In this document: positions 48,946 to 57,868 of the stretch, one piece after another
Numbering within the stretch: position 1 is the first letter of the stretch
Layout of the letters: every line of letters begins with the position of its first letter
Virus record (IMG/VR): IMGVR_UViG_3300032174_000002
Span: 21,091-85,090 of that record
Direction: 5' to 3' (one strand)
DNA from: a virus
DNA length: 64,000 bases
Position numbers and translations under genes: made by a program
The notes under the pieces: generated by a model
Databases searched by the model: none
What the model was told of the DNA's origin: nothing
The model's input: the letters and a program-made list of their open reading frames with translations, nothing else

Positions 48946-49335
48946 ATGAGAAGCGCCAGAGTCGTTCTCGCCGCCGCCTTGCTGTGCGCCCTCGCCGCGG
49001 CGTCTCTCCGCGCCGACATCAGCTATTTCACCGTCCAGGGCCGGGCCTGCCGGACCTCCTACGGCTGCGAGCCGGGCGGCCCGTGCTACTTCACCGTCGC
49101 CGTGGTCACGGTCGTGGACGGCCGGGAGCAGGTCCCGGTCCTGGTGAAGTGCGACCCCGCCTTCCCCGACGTCGCCGCGGTCTGCCAGCAGGTAGTCGGC
49201 GTCGGCCGGTGCGTCGCCTTCTCCGGCCCCATCCTGGCATCGATCAACGCCTGCCCGACGCTCGACGCCCGCAGCGCGAACATCCCGCCGGACTGGGAGT
49301 GCACGCCGTTCCCGATTCCCTACGGACCTTGCTGA
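48946..49335 (+). CDS. Secreted Cys-rich protein
   Basis: Signal peptide ending SLRA; many Cys; AAGGAGG RBS. Confidence 0.65.
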   Translation: MRSARVVLAAALLCALAAASLRADISYFTVQGRACRTSYGCEPGGPCYFTVAVVTVVDGREQVPVLVKCDPAFPDVAAVCQQVVGVGRCVAFSGPILASINACPTLDARSANIPPDWECTPFPIPYGPC

Positions 49336-49431
49336 GGAAGAAGCGCCACCCGCCACCGAGCCGCGCACCACGGCACCCCGCTGATCCCCGCCACCCGCCC
49401 AGCCTGCCACCGCCTTCCCGCCAACTCAACC

Positions 49432-49466
49432 AGGGGCGCCGGCCGATCCGAACGGCCCGCGCCCCT
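49432..49466. terminator. Hairpin between convergent genes
   Basis: AGGGGCGC...GCGCCCCT stem with inner GGCCG/CGGCC. Confidence 0.4.
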
Positions 49467-49479
49467 CCCGCCTCACCTT

Positions 49480-49875
49480 TCAGTGCCTGAGAACGAACCA
49501 GATCAGAGCCGGAACGGCAACAAGCAGGCCGCCAAGTAGGCCCCAGACGCCCGATTTGACTTTCAGCGCCGAGATGTCGGAACCTGTCGCGGCCTGAAGC
49601 GCTGCGAGCTTGTCGGCGAGCTCCTCGGCCAGGCGGCGCGCCTCGTCGCTGACGCCCTGCGCCAGGCGGCGCGCCTCGTCGCGGACCTCCTGCTGTTCGC
49701 GCCGCAGCCTTTCCAGTTCGTCCGTCCGGAAGGCGTCGATTCTCTTGCCGATCAATTCCCGGACGTCCTGAATCGACTGTGCCACGCGATCCTGCGCCGA
49801 CTCGATCCGGCCGATATCGCGAGTGATCCGTTCCTTGAACTCGCCCCACCCGGAGAGCTCGAAGCCGTCCCCCAT
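49480..49875 (-). CDS. Coiled-coil protein with C-terminal TM
   Basis: DEARRLA repeat; hydrophobic tail. Confidence 0.65.
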   Translation of the reverse strand: MGDGFELSGWGEFKERITRDIGRIESAQDRVAQSIQDVRELIGKRIDAFRTDELERLRREQQEVRDEARRLAQGVSDEARRLAEELADKLAALQAATGSDISALKVKSGVWGLLGGLLVAVPALIWFVLRH

Positions 49876-49876
49876 T

Positions 49877-50251
49877 TCAGGACTTCTTCCTGATGACGGC
49901 GCAGAAGTAGATGCCGTCGGTCACCACCAGCGGCGCCAGGTTGATCTCGACCGGGAACTCCTCGCCGCTGCGGTTGATGGCGGTGAGGGTCAGGCCGACG
50001 CCCATGGGGCGCACGCGGGGCTCCTTGACGAAGCCGGCGAAGTGCGCACGGTGGCGCTCGTGCAGAGGCTCGGGCAAGAGCGACTCGATCGGCTTGCCGA
50101 TCATGAAGGCTCTGGGGTGCCCGAAGAGTAGCTCGAGTTGGCGGTTCGCCAGGACGATGGTGCCGGTCCGGTCGGCGATGACCACGGCGTCAGGAAGCGA
50201 CTCGACGATCTCGGCGAGCAGTTCGGGGTCGGGTAGGGCACGCTGGGCCAT
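49877..50251 (-). CDS. Stand-alone PAS (S-box) domain protein, FixL-like
   Basis: ESLPDAVVIAD..G.I..AN..LE.LFG, LLPEP...RH, RPMG.G, GEEFPVEI.LAP. Confidence 0.88.
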   Translation of the reverse strand: MAQRALPDPELLAEIVESLPDAVVIADRTGTIVLANRQLELLFGHPRAFMIGKPIESLLPEPLHERHRAHFAGFVKEPRVRPMGVGLTLTAINRSGEEFPVEINLAPLVVTDGIYFCAVIRKKS

Positions 50252-50532
50252 CAGGAGCTCTCCTCTCTCGCCGGCGCTTTCCCGGCAAACTCGCCGGCAT
50301 ACAGGGCCACCATTCGATCGCCGATCGCCGCGGCCCGCAGTTCGGCGCCCGCGCCCCAGCCGTCAAGGACCGCCCTGGCGGTTCCGAGCGGCGCGAGATC
50401 CCACCGGGCGAAGATCATGGCGGCGAGCTTGGCCGCCTTCGTCTTGCTGAACCCCCAGGTGCGGATCTCGCCGGCGAGCGCCGCCTCCGCCTCCTCCGGC
50501 GAGCAGCCGAGCCGCAGCGGGTTTTTACTCAT
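50251..50532 (-). CDS. Hypothetical protein
   Basis: Coupled ORF. Confidence 0.5.
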   Translation of the reverse strand: MSKNPLRLGCSPEEAEAALAGEIRTWGFSKTKAAKLAAMIFARWDLAPLGTARAVLDGWGAGAELRAAAIGDRMVALYAGEFAGKAPAREESS

Positions 50533-50827
50533 CGCCGGGTTCACCGGACGGCGGCTCGGCCGCGAGCGGCGACAAGAAGGGGCGACGCACCGCCCCGCGA
50601 TTCGCTTCGATGAGCGCCAGCACCGCGCCATCGATGTCCCGAGCCAGCGCCATTGTAGGGTCGTGGACAGCGCAAATCCTCGCGAGCACCGGCGACACGT
50701 CCACCCCGGCGAGCTCGAGCTCCTCAAGGCTCTTGGCCGCCGTCTCGCAGACGTGACCGAGGTACCGAGCGGCGCGCGCGGCCGCCCCGGCGTTATGAAG
50801 CAGCTTTGCATCGGCGCCCCCCGGCAT
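50525..50827 (-). CDS. Hypothetical protein
   Basis: AGGAGG RBS. Confidence 0.5.
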   Translation of the reverse strand: MPGGADAKLLHNAGAAARAARYLGHVCETAAKSLEELELAGVDVSPVLARICAVHDPTMALARDIDGAVLALIEANRGAVRRPFLSPLAAEPPSGEPGDE

Positions 50828-50831
50828 CTTT

Positions 50832-51248
50832 CTACCTCCTTGGCGCGAGAGGGCGCCAGCCGTTCTCGGCGAGCTTCTCTCGCAGCGTTTGCATCTCGAT
50901 CCTCTGGGTCTCGAGGTTCTGATTGGTGACGGCCAGGGACTGACCCTGCGCCGCGACGGTGGCGGCGAGCACCGCGACCTGCTGAGCCTTCGCCTCCTTC
51001 TCGGCCTGCAGCTGCTCGACCTGGTGCTGCAACGCCGCGACGGCTCCCTCGCGCAGTCCATCGCTATGCTGCCAGGCCCCGTAGCTGCCGATCAGGCCGA
51101 CGGCGAGCGCGCCGAACGCGATCCACGCCCCGACGCTCATGCCGATGTGGCGTTGCAGATGCTCGGTCACTTCGCGAATCCTTGTCCACCGAGACCGGCG
51201 AGGCGGCACCAGCGAAAGAGTCCGGTCCGGGATCGCATCGGTTACCAC
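50832..51248 (-). CDS. TM plus coiled-coil protein (holin/spanin-like)
   Basis: One TM then heptads; follows tail genes. Confidence 0.5.
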   Translation of the reverse strand: MVTDAIPDRTLSLVPPRRSRWTRIREVTEHLQRHIGMSVGAWIAFGALAVGLIGSYGAWQHSDGLREGAVAALQHQVEQLQAEKEAKAQQVAVLAATVAAQGQSLAVTNQNLETQRIEMQTLREKLAENGWRPLAPRR

Positions 51249-51282
51249 GCGCCCACCCGGTCGGTCGTTGAATTGATCACGG

Positions 51283-52647
51283 TCACAGAACCTCCTTGAG
51301 CTTATACGACTGGGAATTTCTCGAGAAGCGCGGATTCTTGACCGGCGAGAGCCCGTCGTGGCGACACCAAAGTATCTGGTTGTAGTACTTGCCCGGCGCC
51401 GCCGGATCGGGGATCCAGAGAAAGTTTCCGGTGATTCCCACCGACCCCTGCTGCTGCGAGAAGATCTCGTCCCACGCCTCGGCGTCCCTGAGAGAATTGC
51501 AGACGAGCTCGCCGATCCGCCGCTTCGGCCGCACCTCGAACCACTCCTGCCCGCCGGGTGTTTCGCTCACCGGCGACTTGTCCTCCCAGGAGATGCCCCA
51601 GCCGTAGTCCATGTTCACGAACGGCTGCACCGCATCCGCGACCACCAGCCGGCCGGCCTGCGCGTAGCCCGGCGAGCCGTTCAGGTCCACCTGGTCCACG
51701 AGGACCGTCCCGCCGGCGCCGGCGACGCTGACGGGCGTCGGGAGCACCCAGGCGAGGTTGAATACCCGCGCCACCTGCGTCGTCACGAATTGCGGGTAGG
51801 CGATGACCAGGTCACCGGAGTCGGCCAGGTAGCCGTTGTGCTCGGCCTGCCACTCGACCGCCGAGAACTCCACCGTCTGCGTCGAGCCGTGGACGCCGGT
51901 GAGCCGGAGGCCGGCCTGTGTCGTCGAGAGGCCGGTCGCCAGCAGGGAAGCGTTCCAGCTCACCTGGACGAGTTGGCCGCCAGTCCTCGTGATCGCGATC
52001 CCGGACGCCAGGTTGGCGGTGAAGACGCCGGCCTCGAAAAGATCCACGGAGAGCGTCGGGTCCGTCCCGCCGGAACCGCTCCGGCGGCACCAGATGTTGA
52101 AGGTCTGGAGGTTCGCCCCGGGCTTGAGCGGCAGCAGGCCATGGTCCGTCTGAGGGAGGTCGAACTGCCACCGCGCATCCGTGTTCGCGGTCGGCGAGAT
52201 CGCGGTCAGCCAGCTCGTCGCCGGCAGCCAGACGCTGGCGCTCGGCGCGCCGACCAGGTTGGCGAAGAGGTTGGGAGCAAACGCCACCGGGCGCACGATG
52301 ATCGAGAGCGGGCTGCCGAAGGAGCTGCCGTAGGCGCGCGCGCGCCACTTGCGGAGCAGGCCGCCGATCACCGGACGCGCAGCATCGGCGACGAGCGCGA
52401 CGACCGCGACGCGCGAGTCGATCGTCGCCTGAACCGGAGGCGCCGAGTACTGCAGCCACCGCGAGCCCGGATAGCCGAGCGGCGAGGCGACGACCCCGGG
52501 CACCAGGTCCGCCGCGCTCCGCCACGGGCTCGTGATCTGCGGGTATCGGAGATTCGCGACGTCCGATCCCGGTGCGGTGCTGCCGGCCGAGAGGCCGGCG
52601 CCGGCCAGGTCGACCGAGTTCGGAAGCGTGAAGAGCATCGAGGCCAT
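51283..52647 (-). CDS. Tail protein
   Basis: Beta-rich; GRLV...QP.VNMDYGW...W.D.S...TPGG..F motif of phage tail proteins. Confidence 0.7.
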   Translation of the reverse strand: MASMLFTLPNSVDLAGAGLSAGSTAPGSDVANLRYPQITSPWRSAADLVPGVVASPLGYPGSRWLQYSAPPVQATIDSRVAVVALVADAARPVIGGLLRKWRARAYGSSFGSPLSIIVRPVAFAPNLFANLVGAPSASVWLPATSWLTAISPTANTDARWQFDLPQTDHGLLPLKPGANLQTFNIWCRRSGSGGTDPTLSVDLFEAGVFTANLASGIAITRTGGQLVQVSWNASLLATGLSTTQAGLRLTGVHGSTQTVEFSAVEWQAEHNGYLADSGDLVIAYPQFVTTQVARVFNLAWVLPTPVSVAGAGGTVLVDQVDLNGSPGYAQAGRLVVADAVQPFVNMDYGWGISWEDKSPVSETPGGQEWFEVRPKRRIGELVCNSLRDAEAWDEIFSQQQGSVGITGNFLWIPDPAAPGKYYNQILWCRHDGLSPVKNPRFSRNSQSYKLKEVL

Positions 52648-55253
52648 CAGCCCTGCCCCCAGACACCGAGCCCGACCGAGCCCAGTTGCTGCGCCTGGTC
52701 GAACGACAAGACGACAAAGTTGCGGGGCAGCCCCAGGCGCGGCCCGGCGCCCCCCGGCAGGCTGTAGCTGATCGCCGCCTTCTCGTTGACGTCCGAGCTG
52801 TACGGCAGGGTATGACCGCCGATCTTGTAGAGGTCGCTCCGCACCGAGAACAGCGCGAGCAGGCGCTTGGCCTCGACCAGCGCGTCCGCGTAGAAAGCAT
52901 AGTTGGCGAGGACGATCAGCGCCCCGGCCTGGCTGTAGGTGGTCAGAACCTGGGCGTCCTGTGCCAGGGCATAGCGGTACTGCCGCAGGCAGAAGGCCAG
53001 GCGGGGCGGATTCGAGAGCGCGATGCCGGTCAGCTGGTTGGCGGAGGAGTTGCTGGAGTTGTAGTTCTGGGCATAGGCCACCGCGACCCGGTACACCGGG
53101 ACGGTCTGGAGCTCGGCCGTCCACTGCGGCTTGGTCTCGATCGAGGTGTAGTCGAGCGAGACCGCCGGCGCGCCGGCCGGGACGCCCCCGAACCTGGCGA
53201 TCTGGAAGAGGTTGCCGATCCGCTGGAAGCCGAAGAGGGCGCCCACCGTCGACGCGACTTCGTTGCAGACGTCCTGCAACGTGCGCCCGGCACCGAGTAG
53301 GGCGCTGTTGAACGGATCCGGCGAGGACGCCGCGCTGTCCTGGACGGCGATGCCGATCGTGGCGCCGTTGGCGGCATCCATGGCCGCGAAGGCAGCTGTG
53401 TCGAGGTCGGCAGGGTCGGCGAGCAGCCCGTGGCGCACGACGACGCGGCGCATGATCTGGCCGGCCGTCTTGACGTAGCCGTGCGGGCCGCCGTTGTCGC
53501 CGCGCACCCACGCGCTGATCGTCCCGGCCGGGTTCTGGAGCAGCGTGAAGTAGCCGCGCGCCGGGTCCGCCGCCCACTGCGCTGTCCCAGCCTCCGTCGC
53601 GATGGTGACCGGAGGGCCGGCCGCCTGCGTCGTGATCGGCGCGCCGACGAGGTTGAAGATGATCGCCGTGGCGCCGGGGGCAGGCCGCACCGACGCGATC
53701 TGGAAGGTGCCGTCGTTGACGCCGCCGGCGCTCCCGGAAATCGTCACCGTCATGTTCGGAGTCGCCGCCCCGGGGATGACCGGGGGGGCCGCTGCTGCTC
53801 CTGGCGTGAAGATCCCCGGCGCGAAGACGCTGAAATCCGCGCCCGCGGCGGCGATCTGGTTCGGCGCCTGGAAGGCGACGTCCGCGCCGGTGTAGGAGAA
53901 CGGGGGCCGGAGCCAGGCGCCCTTGTCGGAGACGCCCTTGATCAGCTGCACGCTGCCGTCGTGGACCTGGTAGATGAGGCTCGGCGGGTCGACCAGGATC
54001 GCCGGCAGCTCGGGGACCTCGCCGTAGCAGAGCGGGAGCGCGGTGCCGGCGATGTTCGGGTCCGACCAGTCCGCGACGTCCCATGCCGGCTGCCCGAAGA
54101 GGATGCCGGTATGGCCGCCGGTCGTGCTGTCGTAGACGTAGGCGCGCTGACCCTCGCGGCAGCCGGCGTCGAGGACGAGGCCGGCCTCGTTGCCGGCCAT
54201 GCGCTTGCGCATCCCGTCCTGGATTTGCGCCTGCGTGCGGGCCACGGACCAGATCCGCAGCGCCGACATCCGGTTGCCGGCGCCGATCCCATTGAGCACG
54301 AGCCCGGCGGACGGGAAGAGGGCGGTCAGGTACGTCCCCGCTCCCGGCGTGCCGAGCGAGCCCGAGAGCCCCGAGGCCGATGCCAAGAGCACGCCGTTGA
54401 TGTACACGGCGATCGTCTGCGCGGCATGGTCGTAGGCAAAGGCGACGTGCTGCCACCCCAGGGTGATCGAGCCGGCCGGCGTCGAGTACATGCCGATCCC
54501 GGTCAATCCGATGGCCAGGTAGTCGAGCGGCAGCTGGAAGTACCAGCCGTGCGAGGCGTCGGACATCGAGAGCGGCGTGCTGTTGCCGCCGGTCCCGGTC
54601 AGGTAGAGCCAGAACTCGACCGTGACCGAGCCGGTCTGCGCCGGGAAGGTCGGCCAGACGACCTTGTCGCCGTAGGCCCCGACCTCGACGCACGGCGGGC
54701 TGTAGGTGTCGGCCGGCTGGCTCTGGATCGGCTTGGCGAACGTCCAGTCCCGTGACCGCAGGTGGAGCGTCGCCCGCAGCGGGTCGACGAGCATGTCGCC
54801 GGCGCCGACGCCGTCGAGGACGGTGCCGTAGTCGGAGAGCGCCAGGACCGTGCCGTTACTGAGCGAGCCGCCGAGCTGCAAGAGCGCGCGGCGGCCGTCG
54901 AAGGCGAGCTGCCGCAGGTTGTCGAGACCGCCGTCGCCGTTGCCGAACCCGACCTGCCCCAGGTCCGGCGTCGCGTAGCCCCCGATCTGGTTGCCGCTGT
55001 ACATGCTGCGCTTGACCATCGGGATCCCGTCCTCGGTGATCCGGCCGGCGTACTCCATCGTGGCGGGGTTGTCGCCGGGCTGGGACGTGAAGCCGTGCGA
55101 CGAGAAGTAGCGCGGGAGGATGGCTCCCCAGTCCGCCCCGCCGGGGTTCCAGGCGCAGCCGGTCAGCGCGAGCGCCGTGCCGCCGGTCGCGCTGACGGCG
55201 AGGGCCGACGGAGCGCCGTCCGCCAATCGCCAGTACTGGACCAGGGTGGGCAT
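52647..55253 (-). CDS. Tail tip/hub protein with LamG domain (C-terminal part of apparently split gene)
   Basis: FSSHGF.S.P.D.PA...Y.GRI, N.DGGLD, PLCYGEV, YQVHDG; LamG WQHVA..YING. Confidence 0.75.
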   Translation of the reverse strand: MPTLVQYWRLADGAPSALAVSATGGTALALTGCAWNPGGADWGAILPRYFSSHGFTSQPGDNPATMEYAGRITEDGIPMVKRSMYSGNQIGGYATPDLGQVGFGNGDGGLDNLRQLAFDGRRALLQLGGSLSNGTVLALSDYGTVLDGVGAGDMLVDPLRATLHLRSRDWTFAKPIQSQPADTYSPPCVEVGAYGDKVVWPTFPAQTGSVTVEFWLYLTGTGGNSTPLSMSDASHGWYFQLPLDYLAIGLTGIGMYSTPAGSITLGWQHVAFAYDHAAQTIAVYINGVLLASASGLSGSLGTPGAGTYLTALFPSAGLVLNGIGAGNRMSALRIWSVARTQAQIQDGMRKRMAGNEAGLVLDAGCREGQRAYVYDSTTGGHTGILFGQPAWDVADWSDPNIAGTALPLCYGEVPELPAILVDPPSLIYQVHDGSVQLIKGVSDKGAWLRPPFSYTGADVAFQAPNQIAAAGADFSVFAPGIFTPGAAAAPPVIPGAATPNMTVTISGSAGGVNDGTFQIASVRPAPGATAIIFNLVGAPITTQAAGPPVTIATEAGTAQWAADPARGYFTLLQNPAGTISAWVRGDNGGPHGYVKTAGQIMRRVVVRHGLLADPADLDTAAFAAMDAANGATIGIAVQDSAASSPDPFNSALLGAGRTLQDVCNEVASTVGALFGFQRIGNLFQIARFGGVPAGAPAVSLDYTSIETKPQWTAELQTVPVYRVAVAYAQNYNSSNSSANQLTGIALSNPPRLAFCLRQYRYALAQDAQVLTTYSQAGALIVLANYAFYADALVEAKRLLALFSVRSDLYKIGGHTLPYSSDVNEKAAISYSLPGGAGPRLGLPRNFVVLSFDQAQQLGSVGLGVWGQG

Positions 55254-55265
55254 CTCGCGTCCGCG

Positions 55266-55550
55266 CTACTTCCCGGTGACGCCGGCGTCCGGAGCCGCGG
55301 CCAGCTTTGCCTGCGCCTCGGTCAGGCGCGCCTCGGCGTGGGCGGCGGCGATGTCCTTCGCCCACGACAGGCCCAGGCCCAAGCCGAGATACACGAGTAG
55401 GGCCGGCCAATCGTCTCTCCACATCGTCATGGCGCCGGCGTGGCCGAGGGTCGCCCAGATGAAGCTGAAGACCACGCTGAAGGTGATCGCGTTCTTCGGC
55501 ACCCACGACGGGAGGCCGCCGGGGGCTGGCTGCTGCGGGTCGTCGCTCAT
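55266..55550 (-). CDS. Small two-TM protein (holin-like)
   Basis: AAGGAG RBS; two hydrophobic helices. Confidence 0.55.
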   Translation of the reverse strand: MSDDPQQPAPGGLPSWVPKNAITFSVVFSFIWATLGHAGAMTMWRDDWPALLVYLGLGLGLSWAKDIAAAHAEARLTEAQAKLAAAPDAGVTGK

Positions 55551-55585
55551 TTGCGCTCCTTGGATGTCGTGGTAGCGTTCGCTCC

Positions 55586-55993
55586 ATGACGACGCCGTTC
55601 GCCAGGACCTTCAACGCCGGCCTCTGGGGCGCCGTGGCGCTCTTCCTCGCCCTCGAGGCGTGCCACTACGGGCGCCAGGCGCTGGTGGCGCCGGTGGTGG
55701 TTACCTACGTCTGCGCCTCGATCGCCGCGGCCGACGCCTACGGCGAGTACCGCGCCCGGGACCTGGCGGCCGGGCGGATCGTCCTGTCGATCGGGTGCTA
55801 CACCGCGCGCGGCCTGCCGGAGCCGTACACTCAGCAGCTTCTCAAGATCGACTGGGCCGACGAGGTGGTTTTCCTTCGCGGCACGGAGGAGTCGATTCTG
55901 CTGCTGCAATACCTGACCCGCGCTCGCTCTTCCGGCAAGCCTGTGCACGAGATCTGGCCGGCCGCCGGGCCGCGACTTTTCCGCCGCAGCTGA
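55586..55993 (+). CDS. Hypothetical membrane-anchored protein, opposite strand (moron-like)
   Basis: TAGCGT -10-like box 7 nt before ATG; N-terminal hydrophobic helix. Confidence 0.5.
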   Translation: MTTPFARTFNAGLWGAVALFLALEACHYGRQALVAPVVVTYVCASIAAADAYGEYRARDLAAGRIVLSIGCYTARGLPEPYTQQLLKIDWADEVVFLRGTEESILLLQYLTRARSSGKPVHEIWPAAGPRLFRRS

Positions 55994-56004
55994 GACTCGG
56001 CCGC

Positions 56005-57849
56005 TCACTTCCCCGCCCAGTTCTTGATGACGCTTGATTCTGTGCGCGCTCTCACCCAATTTAGATGGCAGGTGGTGTTGTCCCGAACGAAGTAGAAGAA
56101 GCTCGGCGGCGCGCTCAACAGGGTCGTGGTCGTGGCGACCACGTTGAAGATCTTGCAAGTTTCATTCGAGAACGCGAACGTCAGCACCCCCGTCGACGCG
56201 ATGTACCGCAACTGCACGCATCCCGAGAGGGTGTTGGCGTCTACCCCGATGCTGCCGCTAGGGACGGAGATGTTGGCCAGGCCAGCCGCGGCGTAGGAGG
56301 TGGCCGTTTGCCACGCCGGCGCACCGCTGGAAGTGAAGTAGCCGAAGTAGAGTTTCGTCGGCGAAGCTAATGTGCCCGTCAGAACGCCGATGCCGCATCC
56401 GTTGCCGAGGTTCGACAGGTCTACTTGAGCCGTGACCGTGAAGTCCACGGTCCCGCTGCTCGGCGCCCCCAGGCCTCTCACCTGGAAATTGCAGCTTGTA
56501 CAACCCGCGAGGGTGGCGCCCTCCATTTCCAGGGTCTCTGTGGCAGTGCCCTGGTTCTGCCAGGTCCAGCTCTGCCTGGCGACGTTTCCGGGCCAGGTTT
56601 CACAGACCGAAGAACCGGTGAAACAGGAGGTGGGCTCGGTTTCCGGGTCATAGTGACCCGGGCCGCTGGCGGTCCCGACCACGTCCCAGTTGGCGCCATT
56701 CGAGACGACGGCCAGGAACGCTCCCTGGTAGGCGAGTGCCGCCGGCGTAGCGCCGTCGACGGTCTGGGCCGAGGTGGTGGCGACGGAGCACAGGTTCGTG
56801 CTGGAGTCGGTCTTCTTGATGAGGTGCGCGGTGCCCGTGGCACCCGCCGCGGCAGCGTCGGGGAGTGTCTCGGTGAATGCCCCGCCGGCGGCGTTGCATT
56901 CGGTGTAGCTCTCCGTCTGCGGGATGGAGTAGTTGGCGGTCTGGCTGGTCAGGACCGGCGACTGGTACGAGCCGTCTGCGCTCGAGCCGTTGGAGACGAA
57001 GCGCTGGCCGGCGATGCCGGCGCTCGCGGCCGCTACCGCGCCGGTGCCCTCGCCGAGCAGGGGGCCATGGGCCGTGAGCGTCGTGTCGCCAGTCCCTCCA
57101 TGCGGAACGGTGTTCGGGTCCAGCGTCGCCGCTGGCGCGAACACTACCCCGTTCGTCTTCGTGCAGGTGATCGCGTTGCTTCCCGAGGTCGTGCAGTCGC
57201 CGCTCATCTCGGCCGCCGTCATGGGCGAGCCGCCGCGCATCACGCCGGCCAGCGTGCTCACCGTCCCGCTGCCGCCCTGGTTGGTGGGCAACGCCGCGGA
57301 CAGGTGCGTCGCACAGACCTGCGGCGCCGTCGCGGAGCCGCACAAGTCATTGGCCAGCTCGAGGATGCCCTTGATGCTGCTGGTGGCGTCCACCGGCGCC
57401 GGCGGTACGGCCCAGGTCGCGTCCTCGCGCAGGTAGCGCGTCACCCCCGCCGAGCCGCCGGGATCCGGCACGATGCCGCGTGCATGGCTCCCGCCGGAGG
57501 CGACAAAGTCGGAAAGGTTCGCGAGCGGCACGACCGTTGCCGTCCAGGTGCAGGTGATCGCCGCCACGCCAGCGGCGGCTGTCGCCGGGCTTGGCGTGCA
57601 GCTGAACTGCGCTGGCAACGCCAAGGTGAAGGATTGGAACGCTGGCCCCAGGAGATCCACCGCGAGCTGGTACTGGTCGCGGCTGATGCCGAGCTTCGAC
57701 ACCAGGTAGGCGTCCGTCGGCGCCGGACTCGTGTCGTGGATCAGGCCGCGGATCGTGGAGTTCTGGGCGCCGGCCGGGAGCGCCACGAAGGCGGCCAGGA
57801 GCGCCGCCAGGATGGTGCGCGGGATGCGTCGATCGATCATCATCGCCAT
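56005..57849 (-). CDS. Tail fibre-like protein with N-terminal signal peptide
   Basis: DAT..KGILEL.NDL, GGTG repeats, YLREDATW, TLP.A...IKKTD; lower-GC C-terminal domain. Confidence 0.7.
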   Translation of the reverse strand: MAMMIDRRIPRTILAALLAAFVALPAGAQNSTIRGLIHDTSPAPTDAYLVSKLGISRDQYQLAVDLLGPAFQSFTLALPAQFSCTPSPATAAAGVAAITCTWTATVVPLANLSDFVASGGSHARGIVPDPGGSAGVTRYLREDATWAVPPAPVDATSSIKGILELANDLCGSATAPQVCATHLSAALPTNQGGSGTVSTLAGVMRGGSPMTAAEMSGDCTTSGSNAITCTKTNGVVFAPAATLDPNTVPHGGTGDTTLTAHGPLLGEGTGAVAAASAGIAGQRFVSNGSSADGSYQSPVLTSQTANYSIPQTESYTECNAAGGAFTETLPDAAAAGATGTAHLIKKTDSSTNLCSVATTSAQTVDGATPAALAYQGAFLAVVSNGANWDVVGTASGPGHYDPETEPTSCFTGSSVCETWPGNVARQSWTWQNQGTATETLEMEGATLAGCTSCNFQVRGLGAPSSGTVDFTVTAQVDLSNLGNGCGIGVLTGTLASPTKLYFGYFTSSGAPAWQTATSYAAAGLANISVPSGSIGVDANTLSGCVQLRYIASTGVLTFAFSNETCKIFNVVATTTTLLSAPPSFFYFVRDNTTCHLNWVRARTESSVIKNWAGK

Positions 57850-57868
57850 GAAGTCCCTCTTCTCTCGT

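Noticed and set aside
55254-55268. Amber readthrough fusing the two-TM ORF to the tail-tip ORF (same frame)
   Set aside because: No suppressor tRNA seen, TAG terminates other genes normally, and in-frame adjacency occurs one time in three by chance
56005-56500. Diversity-generating retroelement target in fibre tip
   Set aside because: No reverse transcriptase or template repeat seen in the window
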